In this document: positions 12,418 to 25,700 of the stretch, piece after piece
Position numbering within the stretch: the first letter of the stretch is position 1
Layout: each line of letters starts with the position of its first letter
NCBI GenBank assembly: GCA_951406725.2
Contig: OX597822.1
Span: 45,818,001-45,882,000, forward strand
From: Octopus vulgaris
Lineage: Eukaryota
Direction of reading: 5' to 3'
DNA length: 64,000 bases
Program-made: the position numbers and the translations under genes
Notes under the pieces: generated by a model
Seen by the model: only the letters and a program-made list of their open reading frames with translations
Databases searched by the model: none
What the model was told of the DNA's origin: nothing

Positions 12418-13232
12418 TACTTTCACACTCCTTTACTGCAAGAGTAGCCCTCCTTTGTATGTTGTATTTTTGTCATTGTTGGTTTTTGTACTTATTGTGT
12501 ATGTGTGAGAGAGAAAGAATTTATTCTTCTGCTAAGATCAGAACTTGAATTTCTGTGTTCACTCCCAAGTCTTGCACTCTAATGTAACAAATAGTATCCT
12601 TTTACAGTCTTCTGGTATTTGTTCAACAGTATTTCTCTAACTTTTATTTATCTGTCTTTTTATTTATTTATTTTTAATTTTTCAGTTCAGTTGTCATATT
12701 TAAAACTTGTTTTTTTTACACTTTGTAAATATTTACTTTTTTAGTTTCCTTTATTTGCTTTATCTGTTTATTCTTTTTTATTTAGTGTTGCCTTATTTTT
12801 TTTTTTTTTTCACAATGGTCCTTCTACATTTTCATGTTTCTAAGCACTTCTTTCACTACACCCACCATTGCTACTTCTAATACTCAAGCTATGACAGAAT
12901 GTTTATCATGGCCTGATCCAGTAGTAATAACAACCAGATCTCCCTCACTTCAGCTCTTACCATCTTTAGAATAGGAAGGACATATGGAACAATGTTCAGT
13001 AATCCCTCAACTATCATGGGTGTTACATTCCAAAACCCTTCATGATAGGTGAAAATCTGCAAAATAGAAACAGTAATGTACTGTATATTGTTTTTATTAT
13101 TTTTATAATTTGTATGTATATGTTTTATTACCTTAACCACTGTGCTATGTGGCCCTCCCCCTCTTAAACCCTCAACACAGCTAAGTATTCCTCATTGGTC
13201 TGTCATTGCCTCATATTTCATACTATATTCTC

Positions 13233-13594
13233 AACAAGAGCACTCAGAGAGCGCAAACCTCCACCAAGGCAACACCAATGTCCTCTCAACGATTAGCCAA
13301 AGATGATTTTTAGAATGAGAGTATCTGAAATAAACTCAGCTGCTGTCAAACGAAAATACTAAAAATGATTCCAATCACTTTCAAAAATTAAGTAAAAAAC
13401 AGGAAAAATAATCCAGAATCCTCATCCCATATCGGATCGATCCCAAAATCTAATCAGTTTGTGCCAGTCACGAGGCCAAACATCCCTGAAAGTTTCATCT
13501 GAATATATCCTGCAGTTCTTGAGACATCCTGTCCACAGACAAACAAACATGACTGAAAACAGTACCTCTGCCTTCACTAAGGCAGAGGTAATAA
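13233..13594 (+). mobile_element. Non-autonomous Helentron/Helitron-like element
   Basis: Terminal 12-bp hairpin tacctctgcctt-cact-aaggcagaggta (13563-13590), preceded by acagacaaacaaac. A related motif acctccaccaagg lies near the 5' end. Confidence 0.5.
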
Positions 13595-14796
13595 TCAAGA
13601 CCAAAAGCAATCAGGGTTTTGTTGTTTTTTAAATAAGAGGTAAATAAGAGCAAAGAAGACCCAACACTTATGAACTTCTTGCATTTCATTTCATGGTTCA
13701 CATTAAACTAACTTCAAGGTATTTCTTATTAATTTCTAAGCCAGTAGACATTCTTTGTGTTGTTGGTCATGGTCGTTGTTGTTCTATTTTTAATTGTTAG
13801 TTTGTTTGTTTGTTTGTTTTTTGGGGTTTTTCTTTTGTGAGATCACAATGATATTCTGTTTTGTACATAAATCAAGACATAGAAGACTCAAAACAAAGTT
13901 TGGATTTGGTTGTGACTTGCTGCTCTTCTTTTTTCTCCTCTTCCTCCTCCCTTTCCTCCTGCTATGCTTTTGTCGTTGTTGCTGTCTCATTGTATGCTTC
14001 CACAACATGCAGCTATCTGTGGCTTGGTTATGTATTGTCTTAGGATTTTATTTTTTATTTTATCCTTTTGTGGTGCAGGCATGGCTTATAGGATTTGGCA
14101 TAGCTTGCTTCCCAACCACATGGTTTTCGGATCAGTTCCATTGCAGGACACCTTAGATAAGTGTTTTCGCTATAGCCCCAGGCTGACCAAAGCCTTATAA
14201 GCGGATCTGGTCAGTAGAAACTCAAAGAAGCCCATCAGGTGTATATATGTGTGTGTTTGTGTCTCCTTGCATGATTGTTGTAAAGGAGTGTCACTGTCAA
14301 ACGTGCAATGTCATTTCCAATATTCTGCAAACACATGTCTGGCCATGGGGGAGACATTTCCTTGCTTGGAAGCAGATAAAGGCTGGTGATAGGAATGACT
14401 TTGTCTAGCTGCAAAAAATCTGCCTCAACAAGTTCTACCTGACCCATGCAAGAATGGCACAGTGGACTTTAAATGGTGATGATGAAAGGACTCTACATAA
14501 TATCTGCACAATACCTACTGGTGCTATTTTCCATATGTTCTAAGTCCCAAACTATTCTATGTAGTGTGTGTGTGTGTGTGTGTGTGTGTAGTGCTTTGTG
14601 ATGCTGTTCTCATGTGTTAATATGCAGGTTATTTCTGTTTCCAGTCCCTACTTTTTGGTTATCTCTCTTTCCAAGACTATATATGAAGAATTTCTCAATA
14701 TTTTTCCAAAGATATATTTGTCCTCTATGTTTATTTTTAATTTCAGAAAAAAGGGGCAAAAAAGACATAGTTATCATTGTTGTTATTATTATTATT

Positions 14797-15145
14797 AAGG
14801 CAGCGAGCTGGCAGAATCGTTAGCATGCTAGGCTAAATGCTTAGCAGTATTTCGTCTACCATTATGTTCTGAGTTCAGATTCCGCTGAGGTTGACTTTGC
14901 TTTTCATCCTTTCGGGGTTGATTAAATAAGTACCAGTGAAACACTGGGGTTGATGTAATCGACTAGTCCCTTCCCTCCAAATTTCAGGCCTTGTGCCTAG
15001 AGTAGAAAATATTATTATTATTGAAGGCAGTGAGCTGGCAGAATTGTTTGCACACCGGGTGAAATGCTTAGCGGTATTTCGTCCATCTGCACATTCTGAG
15101 TTCAAATTCTGCCAAGGTCAACTTTACCTTTTTTCCTTTCAGGGG
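14797..15145 (+). mobile_element. tRNA-derived SINE family B, two tandem copies; other copies at about 24800-25340, 48505-48740, 49820-50205 (-) and 62107-62320
   Basis: aaggcRgcgagctggcagaa (A-box) ... gagttcaaattc (B-box) ... ctttgcctttcatcctttcggggtcgat, a conserved core repeated across the window. Confidence 0.8.
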
Positions 15146-15527
15146 GTTGCATTCTATGCCTTGACCCAAGCATAGAATAGGGCTCGCCTTTCTGAGATGG
15201 GAGATGAATGGAATGCCTGGTGTGTGTCTTGTGACTACCCTCTCCTAAAAAAATGGGGAAAAGGCCTGGGTATATATATATAAAAAAAAAATGAGTTTAA
15301 GCTGAGCTGCACAGATGTTTTCCCTGCAGCTTCTGCTGTTGTTATTAAATACTGTGACCCACTCAGTGAAAGGTTTCCAAGGAATTTGATTGCTAACACT
15401 ATTGTTCACAATAATGTACCATAAAAACTAGGAGAAATAAATACTACTATTTTTACCATTACTACTACTACTGCTGCTATTGTTTAATTGAATTGAATAT
15501 TTTCTTTTTATTTAATTTGTTTTTCAG

Positions 15528-15641
15528 GTGTGCCAGAGCCATTCAAGCCAAAGAATCGTTTTGATGTCATACATTGGCAATACTTCACAGCTACACACCT
15601 GTATTTTGATAATGATTATTCAAATGAGAAAGTTCTTTCAG
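15528..15641 (+). CDS. CHPF: CHPF-like internal coding exon
   Basis: Polypyrimidine ttttcag|GT...TCAG|gtaaac, 114 nt, phase 1-1. Encodes (G)VPEPFKPKNRFDVIHWQYFTATHLYFDNDYSNEKVLS, matching the CHPF 'P.P..P..RF.V..W.YFT' motif. The real frame is not the one in the ORF track. Confidence 0.9.
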
Positions 15642-16019
15642 GTAAACTATACAAACATGTTTTGTGGTGGTGGCGGTGCAACAGGGTGTGGATGGATTGG
15701 TGAAAGATGCCTACCCACACACAACCTGTTTTATTCTTCCATGAATATGTTCCCTTTTATTTTCTTCTATTATTTCATTTTTTGTTTGTTTGTGTTATTT
15801 GTTACTGTACTCTGGGTATTCTTTTGTTTATCTCTACCACTTTTGCTCTTTCTGATGCAGTTCACATGTACTAGATCAGAACTACAGTACCTAATTTTCT
15901 CATCTCAGCACTCTTGAATTATCAGTCTTTACACATTATATACTTACATTTAACACTAACCAAACTAGTAAATTACTATTTTAAAATCTCACAGCAGGAG
16001 ATATTCAGCAAGAATACTT

Positions 16020-16411
16020 TGTAGTAAAGATTGTTTGCCAACATAACATGGCAGTCCTGGTTTAGGACTAATGTTGCTGTAATTTAGCCCCGGGAGACAT
16101 CGTCTCCAGCTGGCTATATGACACGATCTGTATCCTTTTATTTTCGAACAAGGGAATCTAGCATCCTCACTCAGCTCAAAACAATATCTGTGTATCATGA
16201 TTTCTGGGTTATTTCCCTTCATCAGCACAGAATAATTACACAGATATTGTTCTGAGCTGAGTGGGGATGCTAGATTCCTTTGTTTGAAAATATAAGGACA
16301 CAGATCATGTCATATAGCCAGCTGGAGACGATGTCTCCTGGAGCTAAATTACAGCAACATTCGTCCTAAACCAGGACTGCCATGTTATGTTGGCAAACAA
16401 TCTTTACTACA
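16020..16411. mobile_element. Fold-back element: about 175-bp inverted arms with a 42-nt spacer containing a hammerhead core
   Basis: 16020-16194 pairs with 16237-16411, with about 10 mismatches counted by eye. Confidence 0.88.
16187..16231 (-). ncRNA. Minimal type I hammerhead ribozyme
   Basis: Minus strand: TCTGTG CTGATGA aGGG-aaataa-CCCa GAAA TCATGA TA CACAGA. 6-bp stem I, palindromic ATCATGAT stem III, AUA triplet. Stem II has an A.A mismatch at its base. Confidence 0.75.
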
Positions 16412-16669
16412 CAAACCAAACTGTTCTCCAAATCCCTTTTCTTCAAAACAATCTCTTCTGGAATTCTATCCCTGTCAATGCTTTGGCAGCTAGTACAATA
16501 ATACCCACATCACTTTGGCAGCAGTGCCCCAAATATCATAGCCACTTCCCCATCTTCCTTCATTACCTGTCTAATAAATAAAACATGTCTCATCTTTCTT
16601 TCTTTTGTCTGTCTTTTTCTTATCATTTTGATGCTGTTTCCTTCATTTCTGTACTTTTTCTTCTTGCAG

Positions 16670-17805
16670 GAGTCAATAAACTTGATGTCAATGAAGTCAT
16701 CAAATTAGCACAAGATAAACTGGCCAAGAAGTACAAGAAACGCTACTCATTCTCACGCTTGGTCAATGGTTACCGTCGATTCGATCCATATCGGGGAATG
16801 GAGTACATTGTTGATTTTGCACTGGTTGACAACATTGAAAAGAAAACCATTGAAAAACGTCTTCACATGGTGCGTCCACTGGGCCACGTGGAAATCATCC
16901 CTATGCCCTACGTAACAGAGAACACACAGGTGAATCTTATCTTGCCAGTGTCAGACGAGGACAAAAATGAGTTGGGTAGCTTTCTGGACTCTTACGCACA
17001 GAACTGCCTGGATGCTGGCGACAACACCAACCTGCTAATTGTATTCATTTACAAGAACAACTCACACTTGTTGGATGAAGATAAGTTCTACGTACTTAAA
17101 TCAATGATCACATACTATAACAATAAATACCATAAAGAGAAAATCAGATGGGTGAACTACGAAACTGCCAGCATATATGTCCCTGATTTAATGTTAATGG
17201 ATTCTGTCTCACAACATTTCCTACCAGAGTCCCTACTACTTTTGTCAACAGTTGGCATGGACCTAGCAACAGAGTTTTTCAACCGTGTTCGTATGAACAG
17301 CATCCTAAATTGGCAAGTGTTCTTCCCAATTGGTTTCTGGCAATACAAACCAAACTTGATTTACGACAAGCGACCGTACCCTACGTCAATTGACCTCAAG
17401 AGAAATGTCGGCCACTTTGATGTGTATTCCTATGAACACAGCAGCTTCTACAACAAGGACTACCAGGAAGCTCGCAAAAGCATCCCTTCAAAAGAAGTAA
17501 ATAACTATGATCTATTCAGAATGTTCCTCAAACACAAAAAAGTCCATGTGTTGCGTGCAATCGAACCAACGCTGAAGCACCGCTACAAAACAATCAGCTG
17601 CATACAGTCATCACCAAAATACATCTATGAGCGATGCAGGATTCGTCGGCTGGAGGCATTGGCAAACCGGTCTCAACTGGCTCGACTTATATTTGAATAT
17701 GAAGAAAAAATGGAAAAATTAAAGTTGAAGAAAAAGGTGATTTTTAAGGCTGATGAGTCACCAGCAGCCAACAGCAAGAACAAGAAGACAGCACAGAAAT
17801 CTTAG
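16670..17805 (+). CDS. CHPF: CHPF-like terminal coding exon (C-terminal glycosyltransferase-like domain)
   Basis: Acceptor ttcttgcag|GA, open to TAG at 17803-17805. Motifs LVNGYRRFDPYRGMEYIVD, RPLGHVEIIPMPYVTE, FFNRVRMNSILNWQVFFPIGFWQYKP and GHFDVYSYEHSSFYNKDY are diagnostic of CHPF/CHPF2. Confidence 0.95.
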
Positions 17806-18137
17806 ACTGAAATAAGCAAGACTGAGGAACTGGCCTGAGAACAACCTCATTAATTTAAGGCTGTTACTCTCATACACATACAGTTTAGAACATTGTTACA
17901 TACATACATACAGCCACCCATATAAACACGCATCTAAGTTGACATTCACAAACAATAACAAAAGCAAATGCACACAACTAACATTTGTGTATATTTTTAT
18001 GTCTACGCACACACACACATATATATGTTTATGACTGATTAAGATATAAGACATCTATGAGCACAATCTAAAACAGAAGGAAAAAGGGATGGTTGTGTTT
18101 TCTTTTATCAGTTTGTGTAAGTGCTTTTAAATGTCTT

Positions 18138-18168
<31 letters not shown>

Positions 18169-18321
18169 ATGTATATATATATATATATATATGTATATGT
18201 ATGTGTGTGTATGTATATATATATATGTATATGTGTGTGTGTATGTATATATATATATATGTATATGTATGTGTGTGTATGTATATATATATATATATAT
18301 GTATATGTATGTGTGTGTATG

Positions 18322-18358
<37 letters not shown>

Positions 18359-18422
18359 GTATATATATATATATGTATATGTATGTGTGTGTGTATGTAT
18401 ATATATATATATATATGTATAT

Positions 18423-18456
<34 letters not shown>

Positions 18457-18473
18457 GTCTGTTTATATGTATA

Positions 18474-18554
<81 letters not shown>

Positions 18555-18624
18555 GTATGTGTGTGTATGTATATATATATATATGTATATGTATGTGTGT
18601 GTATATATATATATATATGTATAT

Positions 18625-18674
<50 letters not shown>

Positions 18675-18967
18675 ATGTATATATATATATATATGTATAT
18701 GTGTGTGTATGTATATATATATATATATATGTATATGTGTGTGTATGTATATATATATATATATGTATATGTGTGTGTATGTATATATATATATGTGTAT
18801 GTGTGTGTATGTATATATATATATGTGTATGTGTGTGTATGTATATATATATATGTGTATGTGTGTGTATGTATATATATATATGTGTATGTATATATAT
18901 ATATATGTGTGTGTATGTATATATATATATGTGTGTGTATGTATATATATATATGTGTGTGTGTATG

Positions 18968-19022
<55 letters not shown>
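18138..19022. repeat. About 0.9-kb compound (TA)n/(TG)n microsatellite with higher-order unit
   Basis: Recurring unit ~gtatatgtatgtgtgtgtatg(ta)n, about 330 nt downstream of the CHPF stop. Confidence 0.95.
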
Positions 19023-22000
19023 GGCATGTATATGCTTGCACACAAACCCTCAATCTCTCACAAACAATATTTATTCTTCACAAAAACTCAGCAAGATGTT
19101 GACACAAAGAATTGTGAAGTCCCAATTTCTCACTGGTGCCAATCACAGATAATTCACTGTCTGTTGTATTTCTAGCATTATTTGCAGACAGCTTGCATGC
19201 CATTGTCTCATGTCAGATACTGTCGCACACACATAGATCTTGCATTGCATTTGGTGAATTTCAGCTATTGGTGTGTGTGACTACCCCTTCCCTCTGGTGC
19301 TGGAGCAAAACCAACAAAAAAAACGATATTTTCCATATGGCTCTTGGGAAATTGCCAAAAGAAGACATGCTTAAATCATGACTTCCTCTTTGTTATATGT
19401 TTGTTTGAGTTTCCTGCAGATGTCTCTGAGGCGTCTGCTGTCAAATGTAACTTCAATGGAGTGTTGCTATAACTGAATTCAACGTAGAGGCGCATGATTG
19501 GAATGGAAGAGACACTAAAGAGACTTTGAAATGTTGGATGATATTGCATGCAACACAAGTGTGACCAAAAGCTCGTTTCTAAATTATAGTATACCAAAAT
19601 GCATAGAATTTCCTATTATCACAAACTCTGTCTGTCTTTAAAGAAAAAAAAAGGAAAGATACACAAAAGATAATTGTAGTCCTTGATACAGCACTATACC
19701 AATTTTAAAAAAAAAGGCAAAACAAACACAGAATTACTACCACACAATCATCTTAGATCTGTTCAACCAGACTGGCTTAAAAAACGAGTCCATTTTAAAT
19801 ATCTATTTAAGCCAAGTTATTGTAAATAATATCAATTTTTGGGGGCTGTGTGATGAGAAATGGTGTGATGAGAAATCTTGGCGTTTGCACATTTTGATTT
19901 GTCTGCTCTCTGATCTTGATTTGGGTTTCTTATTTCTGGATGGTTTTTGGAACATTATCTCTAAACAATGGAGGCCAAAAATATATATATAATCATTTTC
20001 TAATATCACACAACAGGTTAGGGTTTTAGTCTTCTGAACTGGGCAATGCTGTATGTTCTTGAGCAAAAAACTTCATTTGATGTTGCTCCAGTTTTCTCAG
20101 CTGGCAAAACTCCTGCGACGGACTGGCATCCTGTCCAAAGAGGGAATATATATGCCATGGAAAATGGGAAACCAGTCTTGTGAGAGTGTATGACTTGGGA
20201 AGGAGCTTATCTTTTTTATATCCTTTCTATTTCCTGCATTATAGAAAGCATTGCATGAATCAAAAATCTAGCTGTAACATGAAACCTTAACATTTCCCCA
20301 TCATATTATATTACACCAATTTTGAGTAGCATGGTAAGCAATGGGGAAATAGTCTTCACCTTAGAGCAATATTTTTAGATAGGAAACCCTTCCTTCTGCG
20401 ATGTGGTGTGTGCTGCCGTCTCGGTGTCTGGAGTTATAATGTCTTGTTTTCTTAGGGATGGTTTTTAATGATCTTTTTGTAATGTTTATGTTATTCAAAT
20501 AGTTTGGGATTGCTTCAGCTTTTTGGATTAGAAGATTGCATCTCATCTTCATCTTCATCACCATCATCATCACCATCAAATACTTCTCCTGATGTTAGTA
20601 AAGTTATGCAGTTCAATTTCATTGTTGACCAGTTTTGAAATTTAGTCCATTACAATGACTATGTCTTCTTTAACCTTCCCTTTTTGTCAACCTTAAGGTC
20701 ATGTTTTTGTTCGCTGTTTGCCAAAAAACATAAATTGTAGAGACAAGGAGCCTCTATGTGCTAGAAATAGCTCCCAAAATCTCGAAAAAACAACTCATAA
20801 TATAATGTAGTCCTAAAAACAAAGCAATCATGGCTAGTATGCTTTCATTAGAGGCCTTCTGCTGGATCAGATGTGACCTGGGGATAAACAACAGCTGAAG
20901 CTATCAAGGGAGTGTCTCAGCCAGCAGTTCTGAACTGCAGCTCCCAGGGCTGTATATGCAGCCCACAAGCATCTTTCAGGTGGCCCTCAACAGTCTTCTC
21001 TCTATAAATATAATAAATTTCCCTTTAATTGATATGCATATATATATATATTTTTTTTTGTGCAGCCCCCTAAAAAAAAATCCAGGTTTGGATCCGGCCT
21101 GGATATTAAAAAGGTTGAGTATAGAACCATCGGTCTAGATAGTCATTTGAGCTGCTAGAAATAGCAACTTAATCTCCTTCAAATCATGCGACCTACTATC
21201 TTAAACACACACACAAAATGTTTGTCAAAAGAAAAACATAATGGTGTTGGTTATAAATGTATGTGAACATTATAAATATGTCTGCCTATGGCTAAACAGC
21301 GACCACATAAGCTGTAGATGTTATACTACAGTAACTTTTTAAGTATATTCCAGAACCCTTCATATGTAGACATAACTCTTTCCTTAATGTTAGGGATATG
21401 ACAGATTTGGACAAGCATCAGCCTAAATACTTTGCAGTATTATTAGCTCTTGTTTACATTGTTTTCCAATTCTGCCCAGGTCACCTGTTTCTTTCAACTT
21501 TCCTTGGGTAGGGTTAATTCACAACACCTTTTAGAATGAAGGAAAGCCATTTTGTGTTGTTAAACAAAAAAGCTATCAGTTTATGGAACAACATCTGTGT
21601 AATAAAACATTTTTGGTTCTTCTTCTTCTTTAGTGGTGCAATGATAATTCTGAGCTTTTCACTCTTTAGAAAAGATCCCTTTCAAATTTTTCGATGCAAA
21701 GTTTACAGTTCTTTGCAGGATTCCTTTTCTTCCATAGTTCAGTGAAAACTGACAAGTATTTCACTCACAGAAAAAGGAAAGGTTAGATTTAATATGATGT
21801 ATTATGTAGGTTTCTGTATGATTCACAGATCATATCTGAACATCAAAGATGGTATTACGAGAGCTTGCAATACTTTAACTTCTCACCTGTATTAAAAAAT
21901 TTGTTTCTTAATACTTCCCTTTTCCCTCTAAAAACTCGCACCAAGTTTCTACTTGATGTTCTTTGCTCTGAAGATTGTTTCTGTATATATTCTGAACTTT

Positions 22001-22185
22001 ATTTTACTTCACCTTGTTTTGTGATATAGCTATAACAGTTTCAGTTCTACATTACCTTAAAGCTTCATGGATGTATGACACAGTGTCTCTGAACATCTGA
22101 CTAATGTGGCTCTGTCATTAAATACATGTAACTCTAACCAAACGTATTGGATGCTACTTTCTTTTGTCTGTTCAGACACACACAC

Positions 22186-22219
<34 letters not shown>

Positions 22220-22491
22220 TAAACTGTTTTTTCTGTCTCATGCTTGACACTCAAAGAAACTATTCTGTCCTCTCTACCATATTCTACTAACCTGGTGCTA
22301 TTTCGTTTTCCTGGACAAATGATTGTCCAGCCAGAAACGCTTCATTTACATTTAACATTCACGTCTACAAATGTTATTGCTGGAGAAGAATACATGTTTA
22401 ATTTTCACTTATTTTGTTTTTTATTCTCTATATTCTTCAACAACATTTAATATCAAATGTTGTATAGCTTTCTTCTGTTTTTAACATATAT

Positions 22492-22720
22492 TTAACCCCA
22501 TCAGTACCAACCTGGATGAAACTGCCGCTGGCTCTGTAGTACAAATGTCTTGTTTTTCATAAGTTTTGAATTAAAATCTTCCTCCAAAGCTTAGTTACAA
22601 TCTATGTTCCGAACACTAGCTTAATGATAACTAAGTTATTTTACTAAATTCTTTATTATATTGAAAATTAATTGAAAGAAACAGAGCATCTCAACAGAAA
22701 TACAGTAACAAAAGGCTTAA
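22492..22720. mobile_element. piggyBac-type MITE; similar TTAA-bounded elements at about 8578-8747, 40469-40671 and 44416-44527
   Basis: Ends TTAA-CC(C)... and ...GG(G/C)-TTAA with imperfect TIRs. Confidence 0.5.
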
Positions 22721-25700
22721 ATTTCAACTGCTGAGGAAGTGTTGGTTATATATTACACAACCCTATAAAAATTCTGTTGTGGAAACATTTGTCACTAGTG
22801 CTTCAAATCTTTTACCGGGATATATTATTTCTAGGATTTTTTTTAAAATGCCAACAGTTTAACTAATGACATAGGTTTTTTTTTCGTAATTCACATCTTA
22901 TTCATTCTGAGTTTCTAAGTGAATATTCCGTTTTTTCATTGAAATTGAACTCCGTGCATGTGTGTGTGTATGTGTGTGTTGTTTCAGTCATAAGATTGCA
23001 GCTATGCTGTAGTCATCATCATCGTTTAACATCTGCTTTCCATGTTAGCATGGGTTGGACGATTTGACTGAGGACTGGCGAACCAGATTGTTGCACCAGG
23101 TTCCAATCTGATCTGGCAGAGTTTCTACAGCTGGATGCCCTTCCTAATAGTGAAAGGTTTTAATTGAATGAATCAATCCCAATTTGTTTTTTTTTTAAGC
23201 CTTGCTACTTATTCTGTTGGCCTCTCTTGCCAAACCACTAAGTTATGGGACGTAAACTAACCAACGTCATTTGTCAAGAGGTTGGAGGGTGGGGACAAGT
23301 GCAAAGACAGTCACTCACCAAAGGTACCAGTCAGGGGGAGTGAACCTGCACTCATGTGGTTTGAGAAGCAAACTTCTTACCATGCAGTCATATATATAAA
23401 ATTATAACCAAGGCAAATGGAGTGGACCAGTCCTTCATTTCATTGATAGTAAATCAATGAAATGAAGGATTTATTCACTCCATTCTTCTTGTATAAATGT
23501 AGAAACTCTAGATATTTGTATAGTTTTGAGTATGTATTTGAATAAAACAATCTTTGGAGTACTGTGTCTGATAGCCTGAACCCATGGATGAGCTTAATGT
23601 GAAATTGCTAAGTAAATACGTGTGTCTATGTGTACCTGTTTCGACATCATTTCCTATTTTCTGGTAGAACTATAACATGGAATTTTTGTTTGCTATTCTT
23701 TTCCAACCCCCATTTCCTTGTTTCACATTTAAAAAAAATAATTTTGTAGGGTGGAGGTGTTCCCCTTCATTTGACAATTTGATATTTCAATTTGTGTAAA
23801 CTTCAAAGGATGAAATATTTGAACCGAACAAATTTTTTTCTTTTTTTTCCCACTGAAATTGCTATTCAAATGTGAATCAAAATTTAATATTAAAACATCA
23901 TAAACAATATTTACTCCTATATAAATCACATTGTTTTGTACTTAATTTAAACTGGAAAACTGGGTATGACTTATGCACAAGTAAATGTGTGTGTGTGTGT
24001 GTGTGTGTGGATGTTTAAAACCAATTCAGGTAATTTTAGTTGAATCATTAATACAGTTTAGACTTTTATATTATTGTAATTTTTTTTTTGTTGATTTCTC
24101 ATGCATTTACGTTCTGAAATTTACTGAATTTCATTAATTTCAAATTGAAAAAAATAAAACAAAATGTAAATATATATATACATTTTTTTTTTCCTCCCCT
24201 AATCATTTGTAACATTTTTTATGCTTTTCTCAACCAAAAAAAAAAAAAAAACCCACCCATAAAGGCCTTTGTGTTAGACTTCATTTGTGGTTTCATCTCT
24301 GGTTCAGTTCTAATTGGTTGTTTGATAAATTTGAGTTCAGTTTCATAGAGGATTTTTTTTTATTGTTTTGATATACAATCACTGTTTTCCCTGGAAAGAT
24401 GGCTTTCTTTAAGGTTTTATTTATTTTGTGGATTTATATTACTTTCTGTTAGAATCTAGTTTGATCCATTGGTGACTGGATCAAACCCGTTATTTGTCTA
24501 TTCGTTTAGAATTAGCAGCAATGTGATCCATTTTATTTAAAGTGTTTTTTTTTTCTCTCTCCTTCCATTTCATTGACACCATGTTCATTGTGGTCCTTCT
24601 CTCTGACAAAAATGAGATTGTAACTTTAAGAAATTTTTGAACAGAAATTAAATACCATTCTCTATCGTTATTTTTTGTTGTTATTATTAATACGTTGCAG
24701 AAGACAACTTTGCCTTTTGGAGTCAATACTATCAACTAGCCCCTCCCATCAAAATTTCAGGTTTTATACTTATAGTAGAATTATTATTACAATAAAGGCA
24801 AAGGCGGCAAGTTGGCAGAGTTGTTAGCATGCTGGACGAAATGCATAGCGGTATTTCACCCATCATTACATTCAGTTCAAATTCTGCCAAGGTTGACTTT
24901 GCTTTTCATCCTTTCAGGGTCAATAAAACGAGCACCATTTGAGCTCTGGGGGGGTCAATCTAATCAATTCTTCCCCTCCCGCCAAATTTCAGGCCTTTTG
25001 CTTATTGCAGAAAGGATTATTATAGTAGAGGTGATGGGCTGGCAGAATGGTTAGCACACCAGACAAAATACCTAACAGCAATTTTGTCCAGCTGTGCATT
25101 CTGAATTCAAATGCCTCCGAGGTTAACTTTGTCTTTCATCCTTCCAGGGGTTGATGCAGTCAACTGGCACCCTCCCCATAAATTTCAGGCCTTGTGCCTC
25201 CAGAATTATTAAAGTAAAGGCAGTGAGCTGGCTGAACTGTTAGCACACATAACAAAATGCTTTGACTTTTCATCCAGAGATCAAATGCTGCTGGGTTAAC
25301 TTTGCCTCTCAACCTTTTGGGGTCAATACAATACCAGTTGATCAGTGGGGATAAGGTCTCAAAAAGTAGAAACAGCAGTCTGATCTTCAGATTACATTTT
25401 GTCTCAAGAAAAAAAAAAAAAAATCGAAATCAACAATCGTCAGCACAAAATTAAGCTGTGACATGAAATAGTAAAAACCTGCAGGAAATAGCAGCTGAAA
25501 CTCCTTAAACGTTTTTTAAATTACATATAGATTGGATTGTGTAATCCACTGGTCAAATTGAAAATAAATAAAAGGTTTATTTTCACAGCTGTAACATCAA
25601 CCATAGGTCTACAAATTTGTTTAGTGAAAACTGGAGTTAAATGACGATGTTTTATTTATTTATTTATCAAAATCAAGAGGAAAAAATATGATTTCATAAT

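Noticed and set aside
16585-16669. Hydrophobic N-terminus of the 406-aa ORF, resembling a signal or transmembrane segment
   Set aside because: It is the intron's polypyrimidine tract. The exon starts at 16670 after ttgcag.
18093-19175. Six overlapping 200-360 aa ORFs (YIYI/VCVC/HTHT)
   Set aside because: Artefacts of a stop-free TA/TG microsatellite.
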